A DNA stretch of 64,000 nt from Escherichia phage Ecwhy_1: the sequence record MH791411.1. One strand, written 5' to 3'. How positions within the stretch are numbered: position 1 is the stretch's first letter; each line of letters starts with the position of its first letter. The notes below the pieces were generated by a model that had not been told where the DNA came from, ran no database searches, and saw nothing but the letters and a program-made list of their open reading frames with translations. Below, piece after piece: positions 1-8,782 of the stretch. The translations under genes and the position numbers were made by a program.

Positions 1-215
1 AATGTTAACTTATCTAATTCTACATCCAATGACAATTTCATACAGTATTCAGTATCATCTACGTACATAAGTTTATTTGAATAACAATCAACTGTGATAT
101 ATTCTTTATGTGAGAATTGGTATATACCATTAAATTTTTTACCATTTGTACTTCGGAATTTTTCAAGGTAATAAGAGAGTGGTTTAGATATTGTACTACC
201 AATAGTATTATTCAT
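1..215 (-). CDS. hypothetical protein, N-terminal part only (ORF runs off the window start)
   Basis: ATG at 215-213 on the minus strand (MNNTIGSTISKPLSYYLEKF...), open with no stop to position 1; not in the supplied ORF track because it is truncated. Confidence 0.4.
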   Translation of the reverse strand, partial: MNNTIGSTISKPLSYYLEKFRSTNGKKFNGIYQFSHKEYITVDCYSNKLMYVDDTEYCMKLSLDVELDKLT

Positions 216-227
216 AGAACCTCAAAA

Positions 228-260
228 TTTAGACAAGAAAAATGCCCCGAAGGTCGGGGC
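228..260 (-). terminator. intrinsic terminator hairpin (GCCCCGA/TCGGGGC stem) followed by T-run on minus strand
   Basis: inverted repeat at 244-260, minus-strand RNA continues AUUUUUCUUG; lies after the stop of 373..924. Confidence 0.5.
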
Positions 261-372
261 AGTACGAAAAAGATTTTGTACAAAAAAGGGGAATAATACA
301 ATAAAATAATAACGCATCATTATTATGTAAGGGAGGAAAGTAACATGATAATGTTAACCATTACTGGTATAA

Positions 373-924
373 TTATTTATCATTTAATTCTTTTAATTGA
401 GCTTGTATATCACCAGAAAGTTTACGGATTTTCTTGAAACAGTACACGCTATCATCAAGTTCAAGTTCTAGGCCGTGTGTGATTGCATAAAGCATTTCAG
501 CAAGTACTAGATCCTGACGCATCCAGTTACCATTCTTATAGGTTGTCATTACACAATAAGGACAGTGGCTGTTTCCGGTTTGTTTACCCAGGAACACAGA
601 TTGGATTGTATCATGCTTGAAACCCACAAAAGATTGGTTGATCTTGTTGATTTCAGCTACTACGTCCATTTGTGCACCAGTGTTGATTGCAAACACTTGG
701 TCACCGTTCTCGGTTTTGTTAATGTTTAGTTCAATATCACTACCAAGTTTACGAACAGCCAATGTATAAAGTAGGATTTCATACATATCATAATTGGTTG
801 TTTCGCCATTTGGTGCAGTTACATCGAGACTAACACCATGCATTTTAACTTCAGTACTGAATCCATCTTTATCTGCTAGAAAATCAGTGATTTGTTCAGT
901 TAGGATTTTAATTTGGTCAATCAT
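373..924 (-). CDS. hypothetical protein (183 aa)
   Basis: long minus-strand ORF in the same orientation as its neighbours; no family recognised. Confidence 0.5.
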   Translation of the reverse strand: MIDQIKILTEQITDFLADKDGFSTEVKMHGVSLDVTAPNGETTNYDMYEILLYTLAVRKLGSDIELNINKTENGDQVFAINTGAQMDVVAEINKINQSFVGFKHDTIQSVFLGKQTGNSHCPYCVMTTYKNGNWMRQDLVLAEMLYAITHGLELELDDSVYCFKKIRKLSGDIQAQLKELNDK

Positions 925-939
925 TATTCATATCCTTAT

Positions 940-968
940 GTTGGAAAAGCCCCCATTACGGAGGCTTT
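940..968 (-). terminator. intrinsic terminator-like hairpin
   Basis: minus-strand AGCCUCC-GUAAU-GGGGGCU stem-loop followed by UUUUCC, directly after the stop of 980..1408. Confidence 0.4.
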
Positions 969-979
969 TGTTAATCTAA

Positions 980-1408
980 TTATAGGGAAGCTTCGTATTC
1001 AGCTACAATGTCAACCATCTCATTGACAAAGTTGATGTGGTCATGAGTTACAGTACGGAAATCATAAACCAGTGATTGTTGGAAGAATACGTCTTCAGCC
1101 AGATTACCTTCAAAGTTCAGGTCGATGTTTTCTTCATCGTTGGTTGGAGCAACTTTGATATTTAGTTGATTTTCATCAACGACCAATTTCACTACACAAC
1201 CCAATGCAATCGCCAGTACATAGGCAGGTTTCTTAGCTGCTTCAGAACGGAATGGAGCACGTAGTGCACAAATGGTGCTGCTAATCTCATCATTCAGTTC
1301 TTTATATTTAACGTTAATCATCAGTTCTTCAATTTTGACGCTCTCGATTACACGACCAGTTTCAGCAGCGAAGAAAGAGTGGTTACGGATAGTTTGTTCG
1401 ATATTCAT
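980..1408 (-). CDS. hypothetical protein (142 aa)
   Basis: ORF track; no family recognised. Confidence 0.5.
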   Translation of the reverse strand: MNIEQTIRNHSFFAAETGRVIESVKIEELMINVKYKELNDEISSTICALRAPFRSEAAKKPAYVLAIALGCVVKLVVDENQLNIKVAPTNDEENIDLNFEGNLAEDVFFQQSLVYDFRTVTHDHINFVNEMVDIVAEYEASL

Positions 1409-1411
1409 GTG

Positions 1412-1606
1412 TTATTCCTTATATAGATTGCTAAAGTTACGAAGATTACGGTTTGCTTTAAACTGTTTTAAATCACCAAATCTATCATCAACGATAAAAG
1501 TGGCAGCCTGTTTTGATTGGCATATTGTACAAATCAACATACCCTGTATTGTATACTCGGTTGAACAATTTGTACAGTACTTTTTTTCATAAAGTTCAGT
1601 ACTCAT
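1412..1606 (-). CDS. small Cys-rich protein, putative zinc-binding (CxxC...CxxC)
   Basis: 64-aa ORF with CTNC and CTIC pairs; tightly packed with neighbours. Confidence 0.4.
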   Translation of the reverse strand: MSTELYEKKYCTNCSTEYTIQGMLICTICQSKQAATFIVDDRFGDLKQFKANRNLRNFSNLYKE

Positions 1607-1938
1607 AAAACCTTCACATCAGTACGTTTATCTCTTTCTTCTTTCTTTACCTCATCGGAGCGGGTATCTTCTAATTGTAACACAACTTCTTTCAGAATGT
1701 CAACATCAATCATTGCTTCTTTGTATTGAAAGTCGTTTACGCCGAAAATATACTTCAATGCAACCCATACACGTTTGTACCATTTTAAGAAAGGATTCAA
1801 ACGCATACTCACCAGACATTGACCAAGTTTATCATCTCCATGTTCTTGTGTCAAGTCAAATTGTGAAATGTGAACACAATGTTCCGTATTATCGCCACAA
1901 CTACAACGCACTATAAATTCTTTGCTGTCTTTGCTCAT
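1603..1938 (-). CDS. hypothetical protein (111 aa), Cys-rich N-terminus
   Basis: ORF track; CSCG...HC motif; overlaps neighbours by 4 nt. Confidence 0.4.
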   Translation of the reverse strand: MSKDSKEFIVRCSCGDNTEHCVHISQFDLTQEHGDDKLGQCLVSMRLNPFLKWYKRVWVALKYIFGVNDFQYKEAMIDVDILKEVVLQLEDTRSDEVKKEERDKRTDVKVL

Positions 1939-2357
1939 ACTGGATAAGCCTTCATAAATTGTTTTAGAACTCCAAACTTAGAAGCACTGTAATCATACTG
2001 ATAACTTAGCTCACGTTTATCATTCATTCGATAAACCATATGATTGTTTGGATAACCTATTCTAACAGGTTTGTTAGGATTTGCAAGCAAAATTGCCCAT
2101 TCTTTTACAGGAAAAACGTTTTCAGATAACATCTTCACATCTTTACTGTAATACTTCATTGCTTGGGTACAGTGCTTGTAATCTTCAGCACTCAGTTCTT
2201 CACACACAACACTGTGTGTTTCAGTACTGGATACCCATGACTCTTCTTCATAATATAAGTCAATTACATCTTCTACGGTATAGCTATCAGGTAAATCATA
2301 ATATACCCAATTACTAAAACCAGAGCTTACACCAACTCGAATTCGATAGTACTTCAT
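1935..2357 (-). CDS. hypothetical protein (140 aa)
   Basis: ORF track; 4-nt overlap with flanking genes. Confidence 0.45.
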   Translation of the reverse strand: MKYYRIRVGVSSGFSNWVYYDLPDSYTVEDVIDLYYEEESWVSSTETHSVVCEELSAEDYKHCTQAMKYYSKDVKMLSENVFPVKEWAILLANPNKPVRIGYPNNHMVYRMNDKRELSYQYDYSASKFGVLKQFMKAYPV

Positions 2358-2599
2358 ATTTTTTTATCATCCGATTTTACATAATAGTAACATACAATGC
2401 AGTGAATTACAAGAAGAATAATTTCTACTACATTCAGTGCCACAACATGCCCTTGCGGGACCGTAAGTGACAATAACAACATTATAGTAGGTATTACGAA
2501 TATTGTCAATGTTTTTTTCATTTTATTTCCTTGTGGGACCATAAGTGACAATAACAACATTATAGTAGGTATTACGAATAATGTCCATGTTTTTTTCAT
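2354..2599 (-). CDS. small hydrophobic protein containing an in-frame 26-codon tandem duplication
   Basis: MKKTWTLFVIPTIMLLLSLMVPQG followed immediately by MKKTLTIFVIPTIMLLLSLTVPQG; matches the 78-bp DNA tandem repeat. Confidence 0.35.
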   Translation of the reverse strand: MKKTWTLFVIPTIMLLLSLMVPQGNKMKKTLTIFVIPTIMLLLSLTVPQGHVVALNVVEIILLVIHCIVCYYYVKSDDKKI

Positions 2600-2608
2600 T
2601 TTATTTCC
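2452..2608. repeat. tandem direct repeat, two copies of about 78 bp, near-identical by eye
   Basis: copy 1 about 2452-2530 and copy 2 about 2531-2608 share ...gggacc(g/a)taagtgacaataacaacattatagtaggtattacgaata(t/a)tgtc(a/c)atgtttttttcattttatttcc. Confidence 0.8.
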
Positions 2609-2832
2609 TTAATGTAGGCAAATGGTAAAAATACAACCTCTACCCCAGGAAATGCAGTTGCGAGTGCATCAACTATAGATTTGTTTTTATTACATTGCCA
2701 TACTTTTGTAACTTTGTGCTGGAATACCTTGCCATCTTTTACTAACCAATACATTTGCATTTTAACAGTACTGTTATCAGATGGTATTAGTAAATCTTCC
2801 ATATCATATGAATTAAAGATTCTCTCGTTCAT
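2596..2832 (-). CDS. hypothetical protein (78 aa)
   Basis: ORF track. Confidence 0.4.
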   Translation of the reverse strand: MNERIFNSYDMEDLLIPSDNSTVKMQMYWLVKDGKVFQHKVTKVWQCNKNKSIVDALATAFPGVEVVFLPFAYIKEIK

Positions 2833-3091
2833 ATAATCTCCTAGTGAAAAAAGCCAGATTCTTTCTTATATATTCGGCGACACAATCAGTAGTTTGTGTA
2901 TTTGTGAATGCAACAACTTCATTCGATACACCATTCCCATTACACAATGGACAAATCCCCATATACTTAGGTGTTGGAACTGTATCTAGTTTATATTTCC
3001 CTGAAGATATCATGTATTGTTGTGGTAATACATCCAAAGAAATAATATAATCTTCATCGAATTGCTTACAACATACCCAACATTTACTCAT
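2813..3091 (-). CDS. small zinc-finger-like protein (CWVCC ... CPLCNG)
   Basis: two Cys pairs in a 92-aa ORF. Confidence 0.4.
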   Translation of the reverse strand: MSKCWVCCKQFDEDYIISLDVLPQQYMISSGKYKLDTVPTPKYMGICPLCNGNGVSNEVVAFTNTQTTDCVAEYIRKNLAFFTRRLYERENL

Positions 3092-3575
3092 TGTGGTTCT
3101 CCTTCAAAACAATTCTTATATCTTCGAATGTTTTAACAAACCAGTCATGTTCATCAGATACATCAACCACCTTCCCACCATAAACATAGTAATGATAGAA
3201 GGGTAACTTACTTTTCCTCAATCGTTCAGCAAGTTCTGGGTTTTGAAATATCTTAGCACATATTGCATCCTGGATACAAGAAATGCATTCGGGTGTCATT
3301 TCAATACGGTCGTGCATATACTTGTTCGCCGCTGCTTTTGCAGCAGCACCCGACACTTTTCTAAGATCATCATGTTTCTGGCCTGTTAAAAACCAAAAAT
3401 AAAAAGTTTCTACCGATGGGAACCAACCGTATGGTTCTAAGGTAAAACTATGTGACGAAAAGTTAGATAGATCCCTACCTAACTTAGTTTTAGCTTTACT
3501 ATAGATATTAATGTGTCTGTATCCGTCATCAGTAGGGTCAATATAGTTAAATGACTCTTCAGGAAATTCAAACAT
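3084..3575 (-). CDS. NADAR/YbiA-like domain protein
   Basis: motifs resembling E. coli YbiA as recalled from memory: SNF...W.S.E..F...K...AAKAAANKY...NPELAERL. Confidence 0.4.
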   Translation of the reverse strand: MFEFPEESFNYIDPTDDGYRHINIYSKAKTKLGRDLSNFSSHSFTLEPYGWFPSVETFYFWFLTGQKHDDLRKVSGAAAKAAANKYMHDRIEMTPECISCIQDAICAKIFQNPELAERLRKSKLPFYHYYVYGGKVVDVSDEHDWFVKTFEDIRIVLKENHNE

Positions 3576-3577
3576 AA

Positions 3578-3931
3578 TTACTCTTCTTCACCAGATGGTG
3601 TACCACGCAGTTTATCAAAATCAACCCAAATACCATGCTGGTTTTTGAAGCGACATTTCTCATAGTACCAGCTATAGTCGGTTTCAACACCCTGAGAAAT
3701 TGAACGAACACTACAGTCATACATATTGTATAAATGTGTACGTACAATGAATGTTCCTATAAGAAGAACAAACACAACAATCCCAGTACAGATCTTTGGA
3801 TGATCCATAATTAGGTCCAACACAGAACTGGTTTCAGTACTATCAATTTTACTACGACCGATAGCAACAACTTTCAGTACTACTAATGATACCAGTAATG
3901 AAATAACAAGAACACTCAAATAAATTAGCAT
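3578..3931 (-). CDS. small membrane protein (two predicted TM helices)
   Basis: hydrophobic segments LIYLSVLVISLLVSLVVLKVV and IVVFVLLIGTFIV. Confidence 0.45.
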   Translation of the reverse strand: MLIYLSVLVISLLVSLVVLKVVAIGRSKIDSTETSSVLDLIMDHPKICTGIVVFVLLIGTFIVRTHLYNMYDCSVRSISQGVETDYSWYYEKCRFKNQHGIWVDFDKLRGTPSGEEE

Positions 3932-3933
3932 AT

Positions 3934-4518
3934 TTAGACTCCTACCCCAAAACGTAAAAGGATGTTATTAACAAACACAAAATCAAATGGAGACTTTGGT
4001 TCAGATACCGAGTACTGAAAAGTTTCAGTGGCAAAATTTTCCCTATTATGCCATGTTGATGAATCGATTAGTAATTGTTTATCACCAATTGACGTTGAAT
4101 GTAATGGGACGTGTGCTGATGAATTTATAGAATACGCATTTAGTTTTCCTTGTTCATCAAATGTAACACAAAGGTAATATCTCTTCTTAACATCAGGAGA
4201 ACGCTCTTTAATATACGAATATATTGATTCATTCAAATCATCATCATTCCTTGTCTTAGCACCGAGAACTTGAGCAAAAGACAAATTACGTTTCGGTTGG
4301 ATCGTTCCTGGTCTTTTTAGAATGAATTCTTTTGTTAAGTAAAAGTTATTGTGTTTTACCTCAATATTAACAGTTTTAAAGTTTGTGATTTTATCATATA
4401 CGTTCCTAAAAACTGTTATATCCCATGAACTAATTTCTTGCATCGTTACCGTAACTAGTTCTTCTAGTTCTTGGATAAATGGCAAATCGTCTTGATCAAA
4501 TCTAATCACAGTTTTCAT
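3934..4518 (-). CDS. hypothetical protein (194 aa)
   Basis: ORF track. Confidence 0.5.
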   Translation of the reverse strand: MKTVIRFDQDDLPFIQELEELVTVTMQEISSWDITVFRNVYDKITNFKTVNIEVKHNNFYLTKEFILKRPGTIQPKRNLSFAQVLGAKTRNDDDLNESIYSYIKERSPDVKKRYYLCVTFDEQGKLNAYSINSSAHVPLHSTSIGDKQLLIDSSTWHNRENFATETFQYSVSEPKSPFDFVFVNNILLRFGVGV

Positions 4519-5089
4519 ATACCTTTTTTAAATTCATAATTTCAAGAAGACTATATTCTTTTTCACTAATCAAATCTTCAGTGAGTGCTTCTGGTTCGGT
4601 GTTACAATACAACTTCCCATTAATGATAACATAACCATTGCTAAGATACAACGCACTCATTATCTGTTGTCCTTCTTTTGCATTGACTGCTATACCAGAA
4701 TTTGTTACAACAAGCCCATTGTTTGCAAATGCTGATGTTAGTTCCGACCATTCAACTGATATTAAATCACGATAGTCTTTTGATACTTTTATAGTAACAA
4801 TACAAGCAACTCGTGTAATAGATGGAGTACTAATCGTATACATCTGTGGGTGTTGGTAGTTTGAGTTATATGTTTGTGGTGTATTAACAGCAGTTCCTGA
4901 ATTCGGAGTTGTTGGCATAATTACTTGATCCATATTTGGAACAGCCGTTCTTAGTGATGCAATACGTCCAGTTTCATCCAATTTCAAAACTAAACGATGA
5001 GTTTTATCCTCAGAGTGATACGGGAATAGACCACCGGAATTCATATTTTGAAGCATTTTAATTAATTCATAAGTATTTTTTAAAAACAT
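4502..5089 (-). CDS. hypothetical protein (195 aa)
   Basis: ORF track. Confidence 0.5.
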   Translation of the reverse strand: MFLKNTYELIKMLQNMNSGGLFPYHSEDKTHRLVLKLDETGRIASLRTAVPNMDQVIMPTTPNSGTAVNTPQTYNSNYQHPQMYTISTPSITRVACIVTIKVSKDYRDLISVEWSELTSAFANNGLVVTNSGIAVNAKEGQQIMSALYLSNGYVIINGKLYCNTEPEALTEDLISEKEYSLLEIMNLKKVYENCD

Positions 5090-5136
5090 AATAAATCCTA
5101 TAGAAAATGGGAGTACAATGTACTCCCAGATTTAGA

Positions 5137-5691
5137 TTATAGTTTAATTACTTCTTGGATACCAGTATCCATTGCTTTCTTAGTGCGTGTATCAGAAACT
5201 ACTGTACATAAATGTTCAATATTTTCACTTGGGAATGTGTTAGTATCAAGAATTTTGGAGTTCCAGAAACCTTTACGGAACTTAGCATAATCAGTACACT
5301 GGTCAATTTTCATTTTCTGAAGATTGTTGAACTGTGTACGTCCTGACTCGATAGTTACCATAAGTTCTTGATAAATCTTAGGATCGAGATTAGGAACCTG
5401 TTGTTGAATCTGTGACATCACAAACTTCTGGTCAACACCTTCACGACCTTTAAAGTATGTTTCGATGGTTTCTTTCAATGCATCCTTATACTTATCAGAA
5501 ACTTGTACTTTTTCTTGAATGACAAGAGTGTATTTACTTAGTTGACTTTCTGATGCATCATAGTACTTTTTAATATTACCTTCAAATTCAACAGCACGGT
5601 CATGTGCATCTACATACATACTAACTGAACCAATTGCCATAAGACCGAATACAACAACAACACCAATCAATGCAATAATTTTACCATTCAT
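5137..5691 (-). CDS. LemA-like membrane protein
   Basis: N-terminal TM helix; C-terminal ESGRTQFNNLQKMKIDQCTDYAKFRKGFWNSKIL resembles the LemA-family C-terminus as recalled from memory. Confidence 0.45.
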   Translation of the reverse strand: MNGKIIALIGVVVVFGLMAIGSVSMYVDAHDRAVEFEGNIKKYYDASESQLSKYTLVIQEKVQVSDKYKDALKETIETYFKGREGVDQKFVMSQIQQQVPNLDPKIYQELMVTIESGRTQFNNLQKMKIDQCTDYAKFRKGFWNSKILDTNTFPSENIEHLCTVVSDTRTKKAMDTGIQEVIKL

Positions 5692-6782
5692 AACTTGTTA
5701 TCCCTCATATAAAGGCCAATGAAAATAGATACAATCAGTAACAAAATAGAAGCACCGATGAGAACATCTTTACGTGGTTCCATTTTTACAGACAAGTACT
5801 CGAACTCTTTATTAGAGAGTCTTTCAAACTTTGTGTCAATATTATGCACTTCTTTGCTCAACAAGTCAAGAGTTAATTTTTCATTTAATGCATCCATTCG
5901 CATCTTAGCATGTAGTTCTTCGTTCTTCATGCCTTGTGCAAAGGAAGTGCTATCAAATTTAACAATCTTCCCATCATTATCAATTCCAAAGAACATAATA
6001 ACATCATTCTTCTTACCACCACGCCACGAAGCGAGTGTTGCCTCAACAAAATCTACGTTTTTATAATCATAAACCAAAACTTGGATGTTGACTTGTTTAC
6101 GTGCACCCATAGTTTTTAGTTCTTCACGCAGATACTCATCATAACCATCTACATTATAATTAGTAGTGTTGATTACATGGTGTGTTTTATAATAGTCTAC
6201 CACACTTGGGTATTCTGGTAATGTACTAAGATATTTCTCATCATACATTTCATGTAATTCACCAGGACTAAACAATGAGTTTTTATCAGCGAACAGATAG
6301 TTAATATAAGAACTTTCTGCGGCGGCATAATCCCCAATGTTAACCTGTTGCCAGCGGGGAGGGGTCATTGTACCCTGGCGGTTTACTCGCTCAATCTCAA
6401 ACTTCCCTACAGTACTTTTTACATACCAGTCAACTTCGTATGAATAATCAAATACCTTATAGGACTCACATTCACGATGGGATTTCCCCTTACTATCATA
6501 ACGAGTTCTGCATTTCTCGTGCCACGTGTAATGCTTACATGAGCTTGATTGTGTACAAAACTCCTTGTGATTATATTTGGATGTTACCTGCCCATTTAGA
6601 ATCTCTACATCGTACAATTGGCTGTAGTTGATTGCATATGAGATACCAAGCACAAGAGCAGCACCAACTATACAACAACCAATATGAATCAACAGTTCTT
6701 TAGTACTGATATGCTTATCATACATGTATTTCATAACAAATACAACGATAAGTGAAGGAATCAACAGAATAATAAAATTCAT
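5688..6782 (-). CDS. membrane protein with N- and C-terminal TM segments, possible LemA partner
   Basis: hydrophobic N-terminus and C-terminus; 4-nt overlap with the LemA-like gene. Confidence 0.45.
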   Translation of the reverse strand: MNFIILLIPSLIVVFVMKYMYDKHISTKELLIHIGCCIVGAALVLGISYAINYSQLYDVEILNGQVTSKYNHKEFCTQSSSCKHYTWHEKCRTRYDSKGKSHRECESYKVFDYSYEVDWYVKSTVGKFEIERVNRQGTMTPPRWQQVNIGDYAAAESSYINYLFADKNSLFSPGELHEMYDEKYLSTLPEYPSVVDYYKTHHVINTTNYNVDGYDEYLREELKTMGARKQVNIQVLVYDYKNVDFVEATLASWRGGKKNDVIMFFGIDNDGKIVKFDSTSFAQGMKNEELHAKMRMDALNEKLTLDLLSKEVHNIDTKFERLSNKEFEYLSVKMEPRKDVLIGASILLLIVSIFIGLYMRDNKL

Positions 6783-6785
6783 GTA

Positions 6786-7475
6786 TTAGTCCAGTTTAAG
6801 TTTATTGAGACAATAGGAGATTTGGATAGCTTCACGTGCTGCATCATACAGAGGGTGATGTAATTCCAAACCATTAATACCACATTTTTCTGCATACTTC
6901 ACGAATTTAGCTAACTGCACTGACACAATCTCATCCATTTCGGTGCGAGCTTCTTCATTCAATAAACGCTTCAGGGTTCGTGCGTTTTCAGGAGCATCAT
7001 ATTTCCACAAATCACCAACATTCAATAGTTTTAAGTGATTAGCTTGTAAAATACTACAGTCGAAGTTGCAGCCATTTCCCCAAATTGAATGTTCAACCTC
7101 TTTACCATAACAATCAAAACGGATATCTTTCCAGAAATCGACAATACCATTAGAAGTAAAGATTTGTTTGGATTTACCATTAGGACCGTACAATTCTGGT
7201 GCAACAAGTGCCATAGTACTGGCAACTTCAGCATATGCATTAGGATATTCCTTCTGACATGTATTCATCCAGAAATCCATTGCACCTGCATCTGATTTCA
7301 GCCCAGCGTTGACTTGTGCTTGGTATGGTAACTTAACATATACAAATTGTCTGATATCATGTTCAGGTTTACTTGGAACAACTACTGCTGCATAATTTGG
7401 AATAATAATATCATAACCAGAGTTTTCAGGAGTACCGAGAGCTTCGATATCAACACTAACATGACGGCGTTTCAT
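6786..7475 (-). CDS. dexA: DnaQ-like (DEDDh) 3'-5' exonuclease, DexA-like
   Basis: VSVDIEALG (exo I), WGNGCNFDCSIL (exo II), HHPLYDAAREA (exo III, H-x4-D). Confidence 0.55.
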   Translation of the reverse strand: MKRRHVSVDIEALGTPENSGYDIIIPNYAAVVVPSKPEHDIRQFVYVKLPYQAQVNAGLKSDAGAMDFWMNTCQKEYPNAYAEVASTMALVAPELYGPNGKSKQIFTSNGIVDFWKDIRFDCYGKEVEHSIWGNGCNFDCSILQANHLKLLNVGDLWKYDAPENARTLKRLLNEEARTEMDEIVSVQLAKFVKYAEKCGINGLELHHPLYDAAREAIQISYCLNKLKLD

Positions 7476-7524
7476 ATTTCGTTCCTTATCTGTATATTAA
7501 AAAAGAGTGCGTTTCAATAAGAAC

Positions 7525-7553
7525 ATTATATTGAAAACGCCCTCTTGTGTCAA
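7525..7553 (-). promoter_or_regulatory. sigma70-type promoter, consensus TTGACA-N17-TATAAT on minus strand
   Basis: minus-strand TTGACA = rc(7548-7553), 17-nt spacer, TATAAT = rc(7525-7530); 50 nt upstream of the ATG at 7475; embedded in an imperfect palindrome. Confidence 0.45.
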
Positions 7554-7556
7554 CTA

Positions 7557-8774
7557 TTACTTGTTAGCTTTTTCAGCAATTTCACGAAGAGTATCTTCGA
7601 GTTCATGAGAGAGTTTTGCGATTTCAATCTTAGCACGCTCACGCTCTTCTTTACCTTTCTTCTCTTCAATCAGTACTGCTTCGATGCTATCGATCATTGT
7701 TTTGTGTACATTACGCAATGTTTTAATATCCACGATACCACGATTATTTGCTTTAGCAGCATCCAACATGTTAGTTGCTACCATTTTAGAGTTTACTTCG
7801 AGTAAACGGTTAGTTTCATTGTCAATCAGATTACCCAACTCATTGTCTTTACGTTGACGTTCGGAAATCAACTGTTCAGCCAATTGTGATTTCCATGCTG
7901 GAATAACAACTGATTTCAAATCCTCAAACTTAGAAACAGTGTTGAGGTTTACTTTCTTCATACTCATCAGGCGAGGACCGCTCAGTTCACACATCATGAT
8001 AAGACGACGAATCTTATCTTCCTGTTTAGAAAGAGCTTCACAAATCATCTTTTGCTCCTGGATTGCAAAAGAATCAACGTCAGGGTTCGCTTGCATTGCT
8101 ACCAATTCAGCATCTTGTGCTTTGGTAACTTCTTCCAACTCAACTAACGTATCACGCAGTTCAAAGAGATAGTTTTTGTTTTCGTTGTAAGCAGTGTCTA
8201 GCCATGCACATTCCCCATGCTGGCGGTTAATACCAACCTGAAGAGTGTTCATGATTTCATCAATTTGTTCTTTACTGTTTTTGTACTGATCGCCAACTTT
8301 CTGTTTAGCATTAACAAAAAGTTTTTTGACCCAGCCTACGATTGATTTATCATCCTGTAGACTATCAATATCAACTGCACGAGTCAATGTCAAGATAGTA
8401 GTAATAGACTTACCGAATTCGGTATTATCATCAGTGACGTTAACTTTTGACATGATTTCATCAGCCAAACGTCCTACACCTGCCCCAGCGGTGGTTCCGA
8501 TGGTATTAATATTCTGCACAGTTAACGCCATACTGTTGCCTTTAGTATCTTTCAGTACTGGAAGTGACTTGGACTGTTGTTCGAAGATATCAGTTGCGTC
8601 AATTGTGTGTGCTGCTGTTTTGGTAGTACGTTTGGCAGTTTTGGTTGCTTTGGCTTGTTTAACTGTTGCTTTTTTCGGATTGATTTCTTTCTCGGACATT
8701 GTGTATTCCTCAGTTAATTTAAGATAGTGTTGCTCAGTGATAAACATTCTACAGGCAACACTCAGTACTGTCAA
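7557..8774 (-). CDS. hypothetical coiled-coil protein, weak resemblance to TelA/toxic-anion-resistance family
   Basis: about 400 aa, Lys/Thr/Ala-rich N-terminus then long helical/coiled-coil stretches; true start probably the internal MSEKEINPKK near 8699. Confidence 0.3.
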   Translation of the reverse strand: MTVLSVACRMFITEQHYLKLTEEYTMSEKEINPKKATVKQAKATKTAKRTTKTAAHTIDATDIFEQQSKSLPVLKDTKGNSMALTVQNINTIGTTAGAGVGRLADEIMSKVNVTDDNTEFGKSITTILTLTRAVDIDSLQDDKSIVGWVKKLFVNAKQKVGDQYKNSKEQIDEIMNTLQVGINRQHGECAWLDTAYNENKNYLFELRDTLVELEEVTKAQDAELVAMQANPDVDSFAIQEQKMICEALSKQEDKIRRLIMMCELSGPRLMSMKKVNLNTVSKFEDLKSVVIPAWKSQLAEQLISERQRKDNELGNLIDNETNRLLEVNSKMVATNMLDAAKANNRGIVDIKTLRNVHKTMIDSIEAVLIEEKKGKEERERAKIEIAKLSHELEDTLREIAEKANK

Positions 8775-8782
8775 CTACTTTT

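Noticed and set aside
794-979. Short plus-strand ORFs in the six-frame track that lie entirely inside longer minus-strand genes (for example 794..979, 1272..1592, 5719..6066, 8326..8727, 22041..22466, 50279..50731, 54068..54334)
   Set aside because: They are antisense to well-supported genes, have no ribosome-binding sites and often low-complexity translations; treated as frame noise.
2452-2608. Possible CRISPR array at the 78-bp tandem repeat
   Set aside because: Only two directly adjacent copies with no spacers; the repeat is coding and in frame, so it is a tandem duplication, not a CRISPR array.
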